Source of the DNA: a virus
Direction: 5' to 3' (one strand)
Virus record (IMG/VR): IMGVR_UViG_3300049491_000418
Span: 1 to 64,000 of that record
DNA: 64,000 nt
A program made the position numbers and the translations under genes. Below the pieces are notes generated by a model, which saw only the letters and a program-made list of their open reading frames with translations, was not told the origin of the DNA and did no database searches. Below are positions 1 through 9,160 of this stretch, in pieces. Position 1 is the first letter of the stretch. The number at the start of each line of letters is the position of its first letter.

Positions 1-66
1 ACTACTCATCAAGTAAGTCATAATAGCCATTATAACTATTACTAACCATAATTTAATTTCTTTCAT
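1..66 (-). CDS. Partial small membrane/signal-peptide protein (runs off the window edge)
   Basis: Manual translation from ATG at 66: MKEIKLWLVIVIMAIMTYLMSS..., a basic N-terminus plus hydrophobic stretch. Its start lies 3 nt from the stop of the preceding minus-strand ORF. Confidence 0.45.
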   Translation of the reverse strand, partial: MKEIKLWLVIVIMAIMTYLMSS

Positions 67-68
67 AA

Positions 69-224
69 CTATACCTCTTTTAAACAATCCTCATAATACT
101 CAGGAACAATAAGCTCCTCTATTTTCTCATCAACTTCTTCTTGAGTTTCCCCATATACACTAGTATAGAAGAAATATTGATCAGAGTGATCATTCTCTTT
201 AATATAAATATCTGCTTTAACCAT
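69..224 (-). CDS. Small acidic hypothetical protein (51 aa)
   Basis: Manual translation MVKADIYIKENDHSDQYFFYTSVYGETQEEVDEKIEELIVPEYYEDCLKEV*; A-rich leader on the minus strand; below the ORF-track cutoff. Confidence 0.5.
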   Translation of the reverse strand: MVKADIYIKENDHSDQYFFYTSVYGETQEEVDEKIEELIVPEYYEDCLKEV

Positions 225-694
225 AACTCTTTTGTTTTTGTTGTTGTTTAAATTTAATCTCTTCCCACCTTAGAAATAACCTGTTTCCTAAGGACCTATT
301 GTATTGCTGAGTAATAAAGAAAGAAGAGAGTTATCAGCTAAATAACCCTCTTTCTATTCTCCTCAAACAACACAATCAAACAATGTGACACATGTAGTAT
401 CACAAATACTTTACTATACTAAATAACCTAACTATTATTATCTCTTTAGACAATAATGTCATGTAGTAATGCTATAAGAAATTATTAATTTAAGGATTTA
501 CACCTTGTTAATTAATAATAATATTAGGTGTTATGTATTTCCCTACATCTTTTTCATCCACTTACTCAAGAATAACACTCTGATAATCAACTCTTTATAA
601 CAACACTACACAATATTGTGAGAGTTGAGTGGAAGTTTGTATCTTCCCACCCTAAGTTCTGTTGAACCCACCCTCATACCCGAAAAGAGTTTGC

Positions 695-1054
695 TTATGC
701 AAACTCTTCAGGATTAATAATAAGAGAGTTTTGTACAAACTCTACAGTATAAGCACTACGTTTAATTTTAGTGAAGTGAGCTTTATCAGCTCTGCTGATA
801 CTAACGTGACTAAGGAAAGATAATCCGTCCTCAGTATCTTCAAGCTTAACGCTATCAACATTATCATTAGCCATATCAAGAATGAAAGGACTATCTTCAT
901 GTACATTGAACACTTTGCCTAAGTAAATAAAACGGTAATAATGTTTCAGATGATTTTGAGAACCTTCTGTTGTGTTTTTGTAAGGCAATTTAACACCAGT
1001 GCTAACTATGTCTAAGCACTTTACTGAATCTAAAGAAATAATTGTTGTTTCCAT
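695..1054 (-). CDS. Hypothetical protein, first gene of the leftward arm (119 aa)
   Basis: ORF track 695..1156; the internal ATG at 1054 (METTIISLDS) has an AT-rich leader and is the more likely start. Confidence 0.6.
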   Translation of the reverse strand: METTIISLDSVKCLDIVSTGVKLPYKNTTEGSQNHLKHYYRFIYLGKVFNVHEDSPFILDMANDNVDSVKLEDTEDGLSFLSHVSISRADKAHFTKIKRSAYTVEFVQNSLIINPEEFA

Positions 1055-1208
1055 GTTATAATAATTAAAAGTTAGTATGATTTGACGGAGAGTGTCTCCA
1101 CTTTCCAAAATGTAGGTGGGGTTGTGGTTGGAAGTACCCACCCCTCTCACTCCCATAAACCATTTAAAATTTAAAAAAAATTTTTTCTATAATCAGAATG
1201 ATTATTAC

Positions 1209-1216
1209 TACCTTTG
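1209..1216 (+). promoter_or_regulatory. Bacteroidota-type sigma70 -7 box (TACCTTTG) for the rightward operon
   Basis: Exact TAnnTTTG match ending 18 nt before ATG 1234; no clear -33 box. Confidence 0.6.
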
Positions 1217-1233
1217 TTCTAATCAATTACATT

Positions 1234-1662
1234 ATGGAAACAACAACTGTACAAAAACTAGCAAAGTCCTCCTCAAATAAACTTGAGTTGGCACAACAGT
1301 ATTATGCCATCATTTCTGCTCTCAACAACCTGTATTTAACAGAACGTGAGATCCAGTTGGTTGCCTTCTCTGCTGTTAGGGGTAGTATATCCTTTGCTAA
1401 TGTGCGGGAAGATTTTTGTAGCATCTACAATTCCTCTTTCCCCACTATTAACAATATGGTTTCCAAGCTGAAGAAATCTTATGTGCTCATTAAGCAAGGA
1501 AAGCAGATTGTGGTGAATCCACGCATTGCTCTTGATTTCTCCAAACCTTTGATTTTACAGATAACGCTAACACTTAACGCACACCCCCATGGAGAGACCA
1601 CAGAGCATGCCACTGAAAGAGTACTTGGTAAAGAAGTTGAGCCTGAAATTGAACGTGTCTGA
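1234..1662 (+). CDS. Hypothetical protein, possibly winged-HTH DNA-binding
   Basis: ORF track 1198..1662, likely start ATG 1234. LTEREIQL...SFPTINNMVSKLKKSYVLIK resembles a wHTH recognition helix and wing. Confidence 0.5.
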   Translation: METTTVQKLAKSSSNKLELAQQYYAIISALNNLYLTEREIQLVAFSAVRGSISFANVREDFCSIYNSSFPTINNMVSKLKKSYVLIKQGKQIVVNPRIALDFSKPLILQITLTLNAHPHGETTEHATERVLGKEVEPEIERV

Positions 1663-1957
1663 GAGGATAATAGAGTCTGTTATCAGCCATCAGTTTAGCT
1701 CAGCATTTCAAGCCACTTCTCACAACAATGAGATAGAGTTATCTGGGTTTGGTAAATTTCTCTTTAGTCAGACAAAAGCACACAAGCAAATGGCTAAGTA
1801 TGTCTCCCAAGTGGAAATGTATAATAAGGAATTAGCAAACCCTGAACTCTCCCCAGAGAAAGAGCGTAACCTCAACATGAGGCTTGCTGCTACTTATAAG
1901 AATATTGAACATTTGAAACCAAAACTTATCCCTTATGAGCCTAAGTCAAATATTTGA
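1589..1957 (+). CDS. HU/IHF-like DNA-binding protein
   Basis: Helical N-terminus followed by the HU/IHF signature EIELSGFGKF. Confidence 0.7.
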   Translation: MERPQSMPLKEYLVKKLSLKLNVSERIIESVISHQFSSAFQATSHNNEIELSGFGKFLFSQTKAHKQMAKYVSQVEMYNKELANPELSPEKERNLNMRLAATYKNIEHLKPKLIPYEPKSNI

Positions 1958-2231
1958 GGGGTGGAAGAATCACCTTGCCCCTGCAGAGTTTCTAAAGGAA
2001 CAAATAGTCACAGTGGCCTCAGAGCGTATGAAAATATGCAGACAGTGTCCATTAAACTCCATTCATGCAGGACCAGTTAATCAGCTCAGGTTTGATGAGC
2101 ATTGCACTAAGTGTCATTGTACACTCTCAGCTAAAACAGCTTGTCTTTCATGCTCATGCCCAGATGATAAGTGGACAGCAGTAGTTACTCAGGAAGAAGA
2201 ACAAAAAATTGAAAAAGATGAAAGAGTTTAA
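1935..2231 (+). CDS. Small Cys-rich putative Zn-binding protein (DUF6171-like)
   Basis: R-x3-CxxC...CxxCxC...K...CP-xx-KW pattern. Confidence 0.6.
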   Translation: MSLSQIFEGWKNHLAPAEFLKEQIVTVASERMKICRQCPLNSIHAGPVNQLRFDEHCTKCHCTLSAKTACLSCSCPDDKWTAVVTQEEEQKIEKDERV

Positions 2232-2508
2232 GATAGAGAAGCTACCTTTGGAAAACTTACTTAGTTTGCTTATACAGTTATATGAGAATGGTGTTGATTA
2301 TGTGGACTTGTCTGCAGACAATAGTGATCCTACTCAAGATAAGTTAGTTATTGTTACCAAAGATGGATATATAAACCCTGAGTATTATAATGAGGAAGGG
2401 TTGAGTAATTTTGAACAGTTTGATGAAAAGGAGGAAAAGCCTCAAAGAAAACCACCCATCATAAAGACACGGAAACTGTCTGATGATGATATAGAAAAGC
2501 TACTATGA
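2218..2508 (+). CDS. Hypothetical protein
   Basis: ORF track 2209..2508, ATG at 2218; overlaps both neighbours. Confidence 0.6.
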   Translation: MKEFKIEKLPLENLLSLLIQLYENGVDYVDLSADNSDPTQDKLVIVTKDGYINPEYYNEEGLSNFEQFDEKEEKPQRKPPIIKTRKLSDDDIEKLL

Positions 2509-2696
2509 ACAATCCCACAAAAAATGATGTTATAGCCAGTATCAATTCTAGGAGAGTAGAAATTGAGAATATAACCATCATTATTAGTGAGCTTGAACAA
2601 AAGATAAAGAAATTAAATCAACGCAAGATAGACTTGAAGAATTTGAATCTTCTGGATACTGTTTTGCTAAAAGAACTAAATTATGGCACTAACTAA
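2505..2696 (+). CDS. Small coiled-coil hypothetical protein
   Basis: ATGA overlap with the previous gene; heptad pattern ISELEQKIKKLNQRKIDL. Confidence 0.55.
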   Translation: MNNPTKNDVIASINSRRVEIENITIIISELEQKIKKLNQRKIDLKNLNLLDTVLLKELNYGTN

Positions 2697-2991
2697 AACT
2701 ACATATATTAATACAGAGCTTGATTGGGCAGAGACTCAGTTACACTCTTGGAAACAATATGTTGATGCAAACCCTCTTCATGAAATGAAGGATAGGATTG
2801 AGTGGAAACCCACAGCTAAAGGAGGGTTACTTCCAATGGTAATTGCCTCTATAGAAGCACAGGGTAAATTTGTACAGGAAACTATGAAGAACTATTTGGC
2901 TCTTCTTGAGGTTGTAGAAAGATTGCGTACTTTAGAAGAAAGCAAGAAACAGGCTAGAGGATCTTCTTCTGTGCCACATAGAATGCAATAA
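2683..2991 (+). CDS. Hypothetical protein, candidate terminase small subunit
   Basis: Small helical protein just upstream of terL with a basic C-terminal tail (KKQARG). The function is inferred from position only. Confidence 0.45.
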   Translation: MALTKTTYINTELDWAETQLHSWKQYVDANPLHEMKDRIEWKPTAKGGLLPMVIASIEAQGKFVQETMKNYLALLEVVERLRTLEESKKQARGSSSVPHRMQ

Positions 2992-3149
2992 TGAGTAAAT
3001 TTGAACTAACTACAGAAGGTTATATCCAAGCTAAGAGATGGCTTATGGAGATTGGCAAGTGGAAAGAAGTTTCCACTAGAGGATTTAGTACAGATGGCTA
3101 TACAATAGTACATGCTGCTAACCTACTCTGGGCTAAATTAATGACATAA
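2991..3149 (+). CDS. Small hypothetical protein (52 aa), not in the ORF track
   Basis: MSKFELTTEGYIQAKRWLMEIGKWKEVSTRGFSTDGYTIVHAANLLWAKLMT*; TAATG stop/start overlaps at both ends. Confidence 0.65.
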   Translation: MSKFELTTEGYIQAKRWLMEIGKWKEVSTRGFSTDGYTIVHAANLLWAKLMT

Positions 3150-5182
3150 TGGAAATCAAATCAACAGAGATGTTCAAGAACATCAAAAGGTTACCCCCAC
3201 CAGGGACTGAAGAATTCAGACAACTGATCAAGTGGGAGGAAGAAAAGATTAAAGGGGGAGTCACTATAAATGGAGTATTCATTTCTGGGTGGCTCTATTG
3301 GCATATAAACCATTGGTGGATTAGAATAGATGAAACTGATAAGCATGGTAATGATGTCCGTATTACTAGTCTTCCAGAGTTACGTGATAATGAGTGGATA
3401 AGAGCTGAAATTCTTGAGGAGTGTAAGAAGAATAAGGAAGGTTACCTTGAGGTTGGTGCCAGACAGGGAGCTAAGTCTGAAATGGAGGCTTCCTACTTTG
3501 GAATGAATGCCACACTCTTTGAGAACACACAGAATGTTATTGTGTGTGGTAATGATTATGACTTATCATTGCTTAAGGATAAGGTGGATTTTGGAATGAA
3601 GAATTTATGGACTGGTATAGCCATTCCAAGATTGGACAAAACCTGGAGATCCAATCAAATTAGATTAGGCTACAAGAAACCAAATGGGGAAGATGCCATT
3701 TGGAGTTATATAGTAATCCGTAATGCCAAGGATGGTAATGTTACAGAGGTTGCAGCAGGTACAACAGCCAAAAGCTTTATTATGGATGAGGTGGGGAAAT
3801 ATCCATTCTCATCTACATTTAAAGCAGCAGAGCCTGCTTTTAAAGGTAAGAATGGTTGGAGAGCTGTACCAATTCTTGTAGGTACAGGTGGATCATTTGA
3901 TAAAGGACAGGATGCTGAAAACTTCTTCTATAATCCTAGAGCCAATAACTTCCATGCTATTCTTGACCCAGAATCAGGTAGAGAAACAGGTTTGTTTTTA
4001 TCAGGATTGTATAGACAGGATTGTAAAGTTAAAACCTCTTTAGGGGATTGGTTGGTTAAAGAAAGAGGAATGACATTCCCTAAGAATGCAGAAATCTTTA
4101 AGATTGAAATGAATGTGGCTGATAAAGAGCTTGCCAGAAAGGTTATTGAGAAAGAAAGGATAGCAGCTAAACTAAATCCAGACAGAACCATATATTTAAA
4201 ACAAATTATGTACTATCCTCTTATTGTAGAGGAATGCTTCTTATCTTCAAGTGAAAACATATTTGATATTGAGGGAGCCAAAAGACAGAAAACAAGATTA
4301 CAGGAAGCTGCTCATTCAGGTACACCTGTTATACTATATGAAGATGGGGATGGTATTATCAAGCATGAGTTTACTGATAAGGAACCAATCTCTAATTTTC
4401 CAACTAAAAAAGATGATAATAAAGATGCTCCTATTATAATTCATGAGTTTCCAATTGACAGTCCACCATATGGATTGTATGTGGCAGGAGTTGACCCTTA
4501 TAGACAAGGGAAGGCTGCTTATTCAAGTTCCTTAGGATCTGTCTACATTTATAAAAGGATGCACAGTATATCAGGAGAAAAGTATCAAGACATGTTTGTG
4601 GCCACATATTGTGCCAGACCAGATAGAAAAGAAGTTTGGGAAGAACAGGCCAGATTATTAATTAAGTTTTATAATGCCAGAACCTTATGTGAAAATGATG
4701 AAATTTCTTTCATTGATTATATGATATCAAAAGGAGATGCAAGATACCTGGAAAGACAGCCTATCTGGCTTCAGGAGATTGTTCCAAACACCACAGTTAA
4801 AAGAGATTATGGAATTCATAGATCAGCTGAAAAAATTAGATTATTTTTGCATGGATGTTTGAAAAAATATACTGAGGAAGTATTAGTTAGACCATCTAAC
4901 AATGAAGGAGAAATTCAACCAGAGTTAAAAGGTATGACTAAGATATTTGATCCACTTCTTCTAGATGAGATGATTGCATATAATGATGAAGGAAACTTTG
5001 ATAGAATTGTAGCAGCTGAGCTAGCAATAGCCTTAGCCATGAAACTGGATCCTATAATGGGATCAATTGGAAGTGAGGGAGATGTAAGAGTAAGAGCTAT
5101 GTATGCCAAGGATAAACCAAAGAAAGGTTTGTTCTCACCATCAAGAAACATGTTTGTCAATAACAATAAATTATTCAAATAA
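3149..5182 (+). CDS. terL: Terminase large subunit
   Basis: Walker A-like GARQGAKSE, Walker B FIMDEVG, coupling motif VGTGG, RNase H-like nuclease AGVDPY...NFDRIVA; immediately upstream of the portal. Confidence 0.93.
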   Translation: MEIKSTEMFKNIKRLPPPGTEEFRQLIKWEEEKIKGGVTINGVFISGWLYWHINHWWIRIDETDKHGNDVRITSLPELRDNEWIRAEILEECKKNKEGYLEVGARQGAKSEMEASYFGMNATLFENTQNVIVCGNDYDLSLLKDKVDFGMKNLWTGIAIPRLDKTWRSNQIRLGYKKPNGEDAIWSYIVIRNAKDGNVTEVAAGTTAKSFIMDEVGKYPFSSTFKAAEPAFKGKNGWRAVPILVGTGGSFDKGQDAENFFYNPRANNFHAILDPESGRETGLFLSGLYRQDCKVKTSLGDWLVKERGMTFPKNAEIFKIEMNVADKELARKVIEKERIAAKLNPDRTIYLKQIMYYPLIVEECFLSSSENIFDIEGAKRQKTRLQEAAHSGTPVILYEDGDGIIKHEFTDKEPISNFPTKKDDNKDAPIIIHEFPIDSPPYGLYVAGVDPYRQGKAAYSSSLGSVYIYKRMHSISGEKYQDMFVATYCARPDRKEVWEEQARLLIKFYNARTLCENDEISFIDYMISKGDARYLERQPIWLQEIVPNTTVKRDYGIHRSAEKIRLFLHGCLKKYTEEVLVRPSNNEGEIQPELKGMTKIFDPLLLDEMIAYNDEGNFDRIVAAELAIALAMKLDPIMGSIGSEGDVRVRAMYAKDKPKKGLFSPSRNMFVNNNKLFK

Positions 5183-5183
5183 A

Positions 5184-7769
5184 ATGGCAATAATTAGATA
5201 TACCAAAGATGCTACCATCAGATATGCCTACCTAAACATATTCCCTGACCAGTTTAAAACTGATAAGGAGAAACAGGATGAGAGCTACATTAAGAATACT
5301 ATGGATTATTTTGCCAACAAGGCATATGCTGAGTATACTAAAAACAGGGATACTTTTGTTGGGAACTACAATCTAATGAAAGGAATACTAAATGCTAATG
5401 ACTTTTATCAGGAACCAGATGTAAAGAGTTTTACTGATATATTGGAAAGAGATTTAGATCTTCCCAAATATGTAAAACACTACTCTATTGTAACCACTCC
5501 AGTCAATGAGCTAACAGGAGAGTTAACTAAAAGACCAGATACCTACAGAATTAAAGCCTTTGATGATGATTCAAAATCAGAGGAACTTCAGTTTAAGACA
5601 GGCATACTTCAGGATTACATTCTACAGGAAGCCAAGAAAGGTATATTGGAAAAAGCAGCCATGGAAGGTATTGAGTTACCTGAGGATGAGTTACAACAAA
5701 AAACACTTGAACAAGTACAAGAAGAACTTATAGATTATACTTCTGCAGCAGAGAAATGGGCTAACCATACATTAACTTGTGCAAAAGCTGAATTCAACTT
5801 AAAGGAAAAATCAGAGGATGCCTTCAGGGATTTAATGATTTCCAATCATGAGTTCTATCATATATATGAAGACAACTCTAAACTAGGATACAACATTGCT
5901 GTTGAGAATCCAAAGAATGTTTGGTACTTATCAACTCCAGACTTAAAATGGACATCTGACCCTAGTGGTAGAGCACATGGAGCCTATGCTGCAGGTACTG
6001 TTCATGTAATGGAACTCTCTGAGATAATTGAATCAGTACCAGATCTTACAAAAGAAGAGATTGATCACTTGAGATCTTCTCTACAGGATTATGGATTGAT
6101 TAATGTAAGAGAGTCTAATCTAGGTAATCCTAATGCAGAGGCAGGTATAGACAGTGTGATCTATGATACATATGACCCACTTGTCCTTCAGACTAGAATG
6201 ATGATTGAGTCTGAAATGAAAGACAATAGTGATGGTCTTAGAGATTTCTTAGGACTAACCAATAATGTTTCCTCATTTGGATACAAATATGTTGTTGTTA
6301 GAGCCTATTGGATTTCTAAAAAGAAAATTGGTAAACTAATATACTTAGATGAATTTGAAACTCCTCAATCAATGTTGGTGGATGAGTATTATAAGTCAGG
6401 AAGTATACCTTCACAAATATCTTTAGAATGGGGTTGGATTAATCAATGGTACCAAGGAGTTAAAATTGGGCCAGATATTTACCATATGAAACCATTCAAA
6501 CTTTTGGACTACTGTCCAATCATTGGATTGAACCATGAGATTAAAAATACACAATCACAATCTTTGGTAGATTTAATGAAACCTTTCCAAGTTATTTATA
6601 ATGTTGCCATGAATCAACTCTTTGAATTATTACAAAAAGAGGTTGGTAAGGTACAACTTATGTCATTACGTCATGTTCCTATTCCTAAAGATGGAGATGC
6701 ACAAGATGCACTTGATATCTGGGAAATGGAAGCAAGAAAAAGAGGTGTAGTATTTGTGGATGATAGCCCTGAGAACTTAAAAGCTCCAAGTTCTTTCAAT
6801 CAGTTTACAGCTCTTGACCTTACAAGAACAGCAGAGATTCAAACAAGATATAATCTTGCTGTACAAATTAAGAATGAGTGTTGGGAATTAATTGGAATGT
6901 CCAAACAACGTATGGGTAACGTTACAGCTTCTGAAAGTGCTACAGGTACTAATACTGCTGTTCAACAATCATATACTCAAACAGAGCCTTTATTTGTGGC
7001 TCATGAGTACACTCTTGGACAATTATATCAAGCTATTATAGATGCTTCACAATATATTGAAAGCTCAAAACCACAATCTACAGTGTCTTATATTAATGGT
7101 GAGGGTGGAGCAGCTTTTATTCAAGTTAATGGTACAGATATTAAATTTAGAGATTTAAAAGTGTTTGCTACTAACAGACCAGAAGATACTCAAATGTTTA
7201 ATGATATTAGAGCATTATCTCAAGCTATCATTCAAAATGGTGGTAGTGTATATGATATTGTTGAATTATATAGTTCTAAATCTCAAAGACAACTTAAAAA
7301 AGTATTCAAAGATCTTAGAGACAAACAAGATGCTATGCAACAACAAGCTGCCCAACAAAAACAACAAGAACTTGATCAACAAAATCAAATTGCTCAAGCA
7401 AGTCTTCAAGAAGCTGCCAGAATTAAACAAGAAGAAATGGCAAATCAAAACAATCAAAATGAACTTGATAGAATTAATAAGAAAGAGATTGCATTACTTA
7501 ATGCTTTGGGAAGAAATCCAGAGGCTACAGCAGATACAGATAGTTCTGGAGTAGCTGATGCACTTGAAATTAGTAATATGGCTGCTGAGGAAGCTGCCAC
7601 TAATAAAGCTCATGAGGCAAAACTTGCTGACATTCACTCTAAAACTCAATTAGGAATGCAAAAAATAGATGTTGAAAGAGAAAAGTTACAAGTTGATTTA
7701 AAAAATCAGAAAAATGATTTAGATATTGCAAAAATAAATGCCAAAAACAGGGCTACTAAGAAAAAATAA
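5184..7769 (+). CDS. Portal protein (crAss-like)
   Basis: About 860 aa, directly after terL (true start ATG 5184). RMGNVTASESATGTNTAVQQS portal-like motif, Q-rich coiled-coil barrel and DxDxxGxxD motif near the C-terminus. Confidence 0.9.
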   Translation: MAIIRYTKDATIRYAYLNIFPDQFKTDKEKQDESYIKNTMDYFANKAYAEYTKNRDTFVGNYNLMKGILNANDFYQEPDVKSFTDILERDLDLPKYVKHYSIVTTPVNELTGELTKRPDTYRIKAFDDDSKSEELQFKTGILQDYILQEAKKGILEKAAMEGIELPEDELQQKTLEQVQEELIDYTSAAEKWANHTLTCAKAEFNLKEKSEDAFRDLMISNHEFYHIYEDNSKLGYNIAVENPKNVWYLSTPDLKWTSDPSGRAHGAYAAGTVHVMELSEIIESVPDLTKEEIDHLRSSLQDYGLINVRESNLGNPNAEAGIDSVIYDTYDPLVLQTRMMIESEMKDNSDGLRDFLGLTNNVSSFGYKYVVVRAYWISKKKIGKLIYLDEFETPQSMLVDEYYKSGSIPSQISLEWGWINQWYQGVKIGPDIYHMKPFKLLDYCPIIGLNHEIKNTQSQSLVDLMKPFQVIYNVAMNQLFELLQKEVGKVQLMSLRHVPIPKDGDAQDALDIWEMEARKRGVVFVDDSPENLKAPSSFNQFTALDLTRTAEIQTRYNLAVQIKNECWELIGMSKQRMGNVTASESATGTNTAVQQSYTQTEPLFVAHEYTLGQLYQAIIDASQYIESSKPQSTVSYINGEGGAAFIQVNGTDIKFRDLKVFATNRPEDTQMFNDIRALSQAIIQNGGSVYDIVELYSSKSQRQLKKVFKDLRDKQDAMQQQAAQQKQQELDQQNQIAQASLQEAARIKQEEMANQNNQNELDRINKKEIALLNALGRNPEATADTDSSGVADALEISNMAAEEAATNKAHEAKLADIHSKTQLGMQKIDVEREKLQVDLKNQKNDLDIAKINAKNRATKKK

Positions 7770-7842
7770 ACTAATTTAATTAGAGAGAAAAATAGTTAAT
7801 GCTATATTACCGAAAATATTAAAGCTATTTAAGCTAATATCC

Positions 7843-7873
7843 TTTGATAGTAGGTAATCTCTCCATAATTTTA
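7843..7873 (+). promoter_or_regulatory. Bacteroidota-type promoter upstream of the scaffold/capsid genes
   Basis: TTTG (7843-7846), 19-nt spacer, TAATTTTA (7866-7873; one mismatch to TAnnTTTG). Confidence 0.55.
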
Positions 7874-7900
7874 CATTATAAACCAACAATACAACTACAT

Positions 7901-9136
7901 ATGGCAACTGAAGATTTTAATAATCAAGGATTTGGTGACTTTGGTATCAAAGACACCATGGAAATGGGATTAGGTAATGCTGAGCTTCTTGCAGATTTAT
8001 ATTCTCCTGAAACATCATCAGCTTCTCCTGAGGGGTTAACACCTATTATAAATGAAACCATTGATCCAGCTCCAACAAATCCAGCTACTGTTCCTCTAAA
8101 AGGAAAAGAAGTGGCTCCTCCTAAAGATGGTGAAGCACCAGAAGTAAAAAATACAATTAGTGACTTCTTAGGTAATCATGAAGAGGAAGAAGAAGAAGAA
8201 GAGGAGGAAACTAATCTTATTTCTGATACTGCACCCGCAGATGATACTAATAATTCTAATCAATTTACAGCCTTAGCTAATGACCTATTTAAATTAGGTG
8301 TATTTAATAAGGATGAAGATGAGACTGATGTGGTAATAAATACTCCTGAAGATTTCTTAGAAAGATTTCAATCTGAGAAGAAGAAAGGAGCAATAGACAT
8401 GGTAAACCAATTTATAGGACAGTTTGGTGAAGATTATCAAAATGCTTTTGATGCTATATATGTAAAGGGGGTAGATCCAAAAGAATACTTTGCAGCTTAT
8501 AATGAAGCTGTTAGCTATGCTGAAATGGATTTAACTATTGAAAGCAATCAAGAAGCAGTAATGAGAAAATCATTAACTGAACAAGGATTTGAAAAAGAGG
8601 ATGTAGACACAGAGATTGAACGCTTGAAAAATTATGGAGATTTAGAGCAGGTTGCTATAAAAAACCATAAAGTATTGGTTAAAAAAGAAGCTATTAAAAT
8701 GCAGGATATGGAGCAAAAAGCTCAACATGATCTTGCACAGAAAGCTCAAATTAAAAACCAGTTTGTTGCAAATGTTCAGTCTGTTATACAGGAAAAACTA
8801 AAAACAAAAGAATTTGATGGTATTCCAATCAATCCAAAATTGGCAGGAGAACTTCAAGACTTTTTATTAGTTGACAAGTATAAAACTAATTCAGGAGAAT
8901 TGCTCTCTGATTTTGACAAGGCTATCTTAGATTTGAAAAAACCTGAGAACCATGCAACAAAAGTTAAGATTGCATTACTGTTGAAAGTATTGGAGAAAGA
9001 TCCAAATCTTACTTCAATTCAAAAGAAAGGTGTGACTACAAAAACTGATGCTTTATTTACAGAGGTTGCAAGACAGGTTACTAAAGATAAATCTGTATCT
9101 ACAACCACACCAAAGAAAAATTCATGGTTCCTATAA
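7901..9136 (+). CDS. Putative capsid scaffolding/assembly protein (crAss gene 77-like)
   Basis: Acidic low-complexity N-half with an E10 run, helical C-half, located between portal and MCP; true start ATG 7901. Confidence 0.7.
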   Translation: MATEDFNNQGFGDFGIKDTMEMGLGNAELLADLYSPETSSASPEGLTPIINETIDPAPTNPATVPLKGKEVAPPKDGEAPEVKNTISDFLGNHEEEEEEEEEETNLISDTAPADDTNNSNQFTALANDLFKLGVFNKDEDETDVVINTPEDFLERFQSEKKKGAIDMVNQFIGQFGEDYQNAFDAIYVKGVDPKEYFAAYNEAVSYAEMDLTIESNQEAVMRKSLTEQGFEKEDVDTEIERLKNYGDLEQVAIKNHKVLVKKEAIKMQDMEQKAQHDLAQKAQIKNQFVANVQSVIQEKLKTKEFDGIPINPKLAGELQDFLLVDKYKTNSGELLSDFDKAILDLKKPENHATKVKIALLLKVLEKDPNLTSIQKKGVTTKTDALFTEVARQVTKDKSVSTTTPKKNSWFL

Positions 9137-9160
9137 TATTAACAACAAAAAAATAAAAAA

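Noticed and set aside
225-694. tRNA or known ncRNA in the long intergenic region
   Set aside because: No cloverleaf or T-loop (GTTCRA) signature recognisable by eye.
5103-5183. Upstream start extensions given by the ORF track (also 1156, 1198, 7844, 27126, 36967)
   Set aside because: They overlap upstream genes or promoter boxes. Internal ATGs with A-rich leaders (5184, 1054, 1234, 7901, 27183, 36997) fit better.
8180-8209. GAA/GAG repeat (poly-Glu)
   Set aside because: Ordinary acidic low-complexity stretch of a scaffold-like protein.
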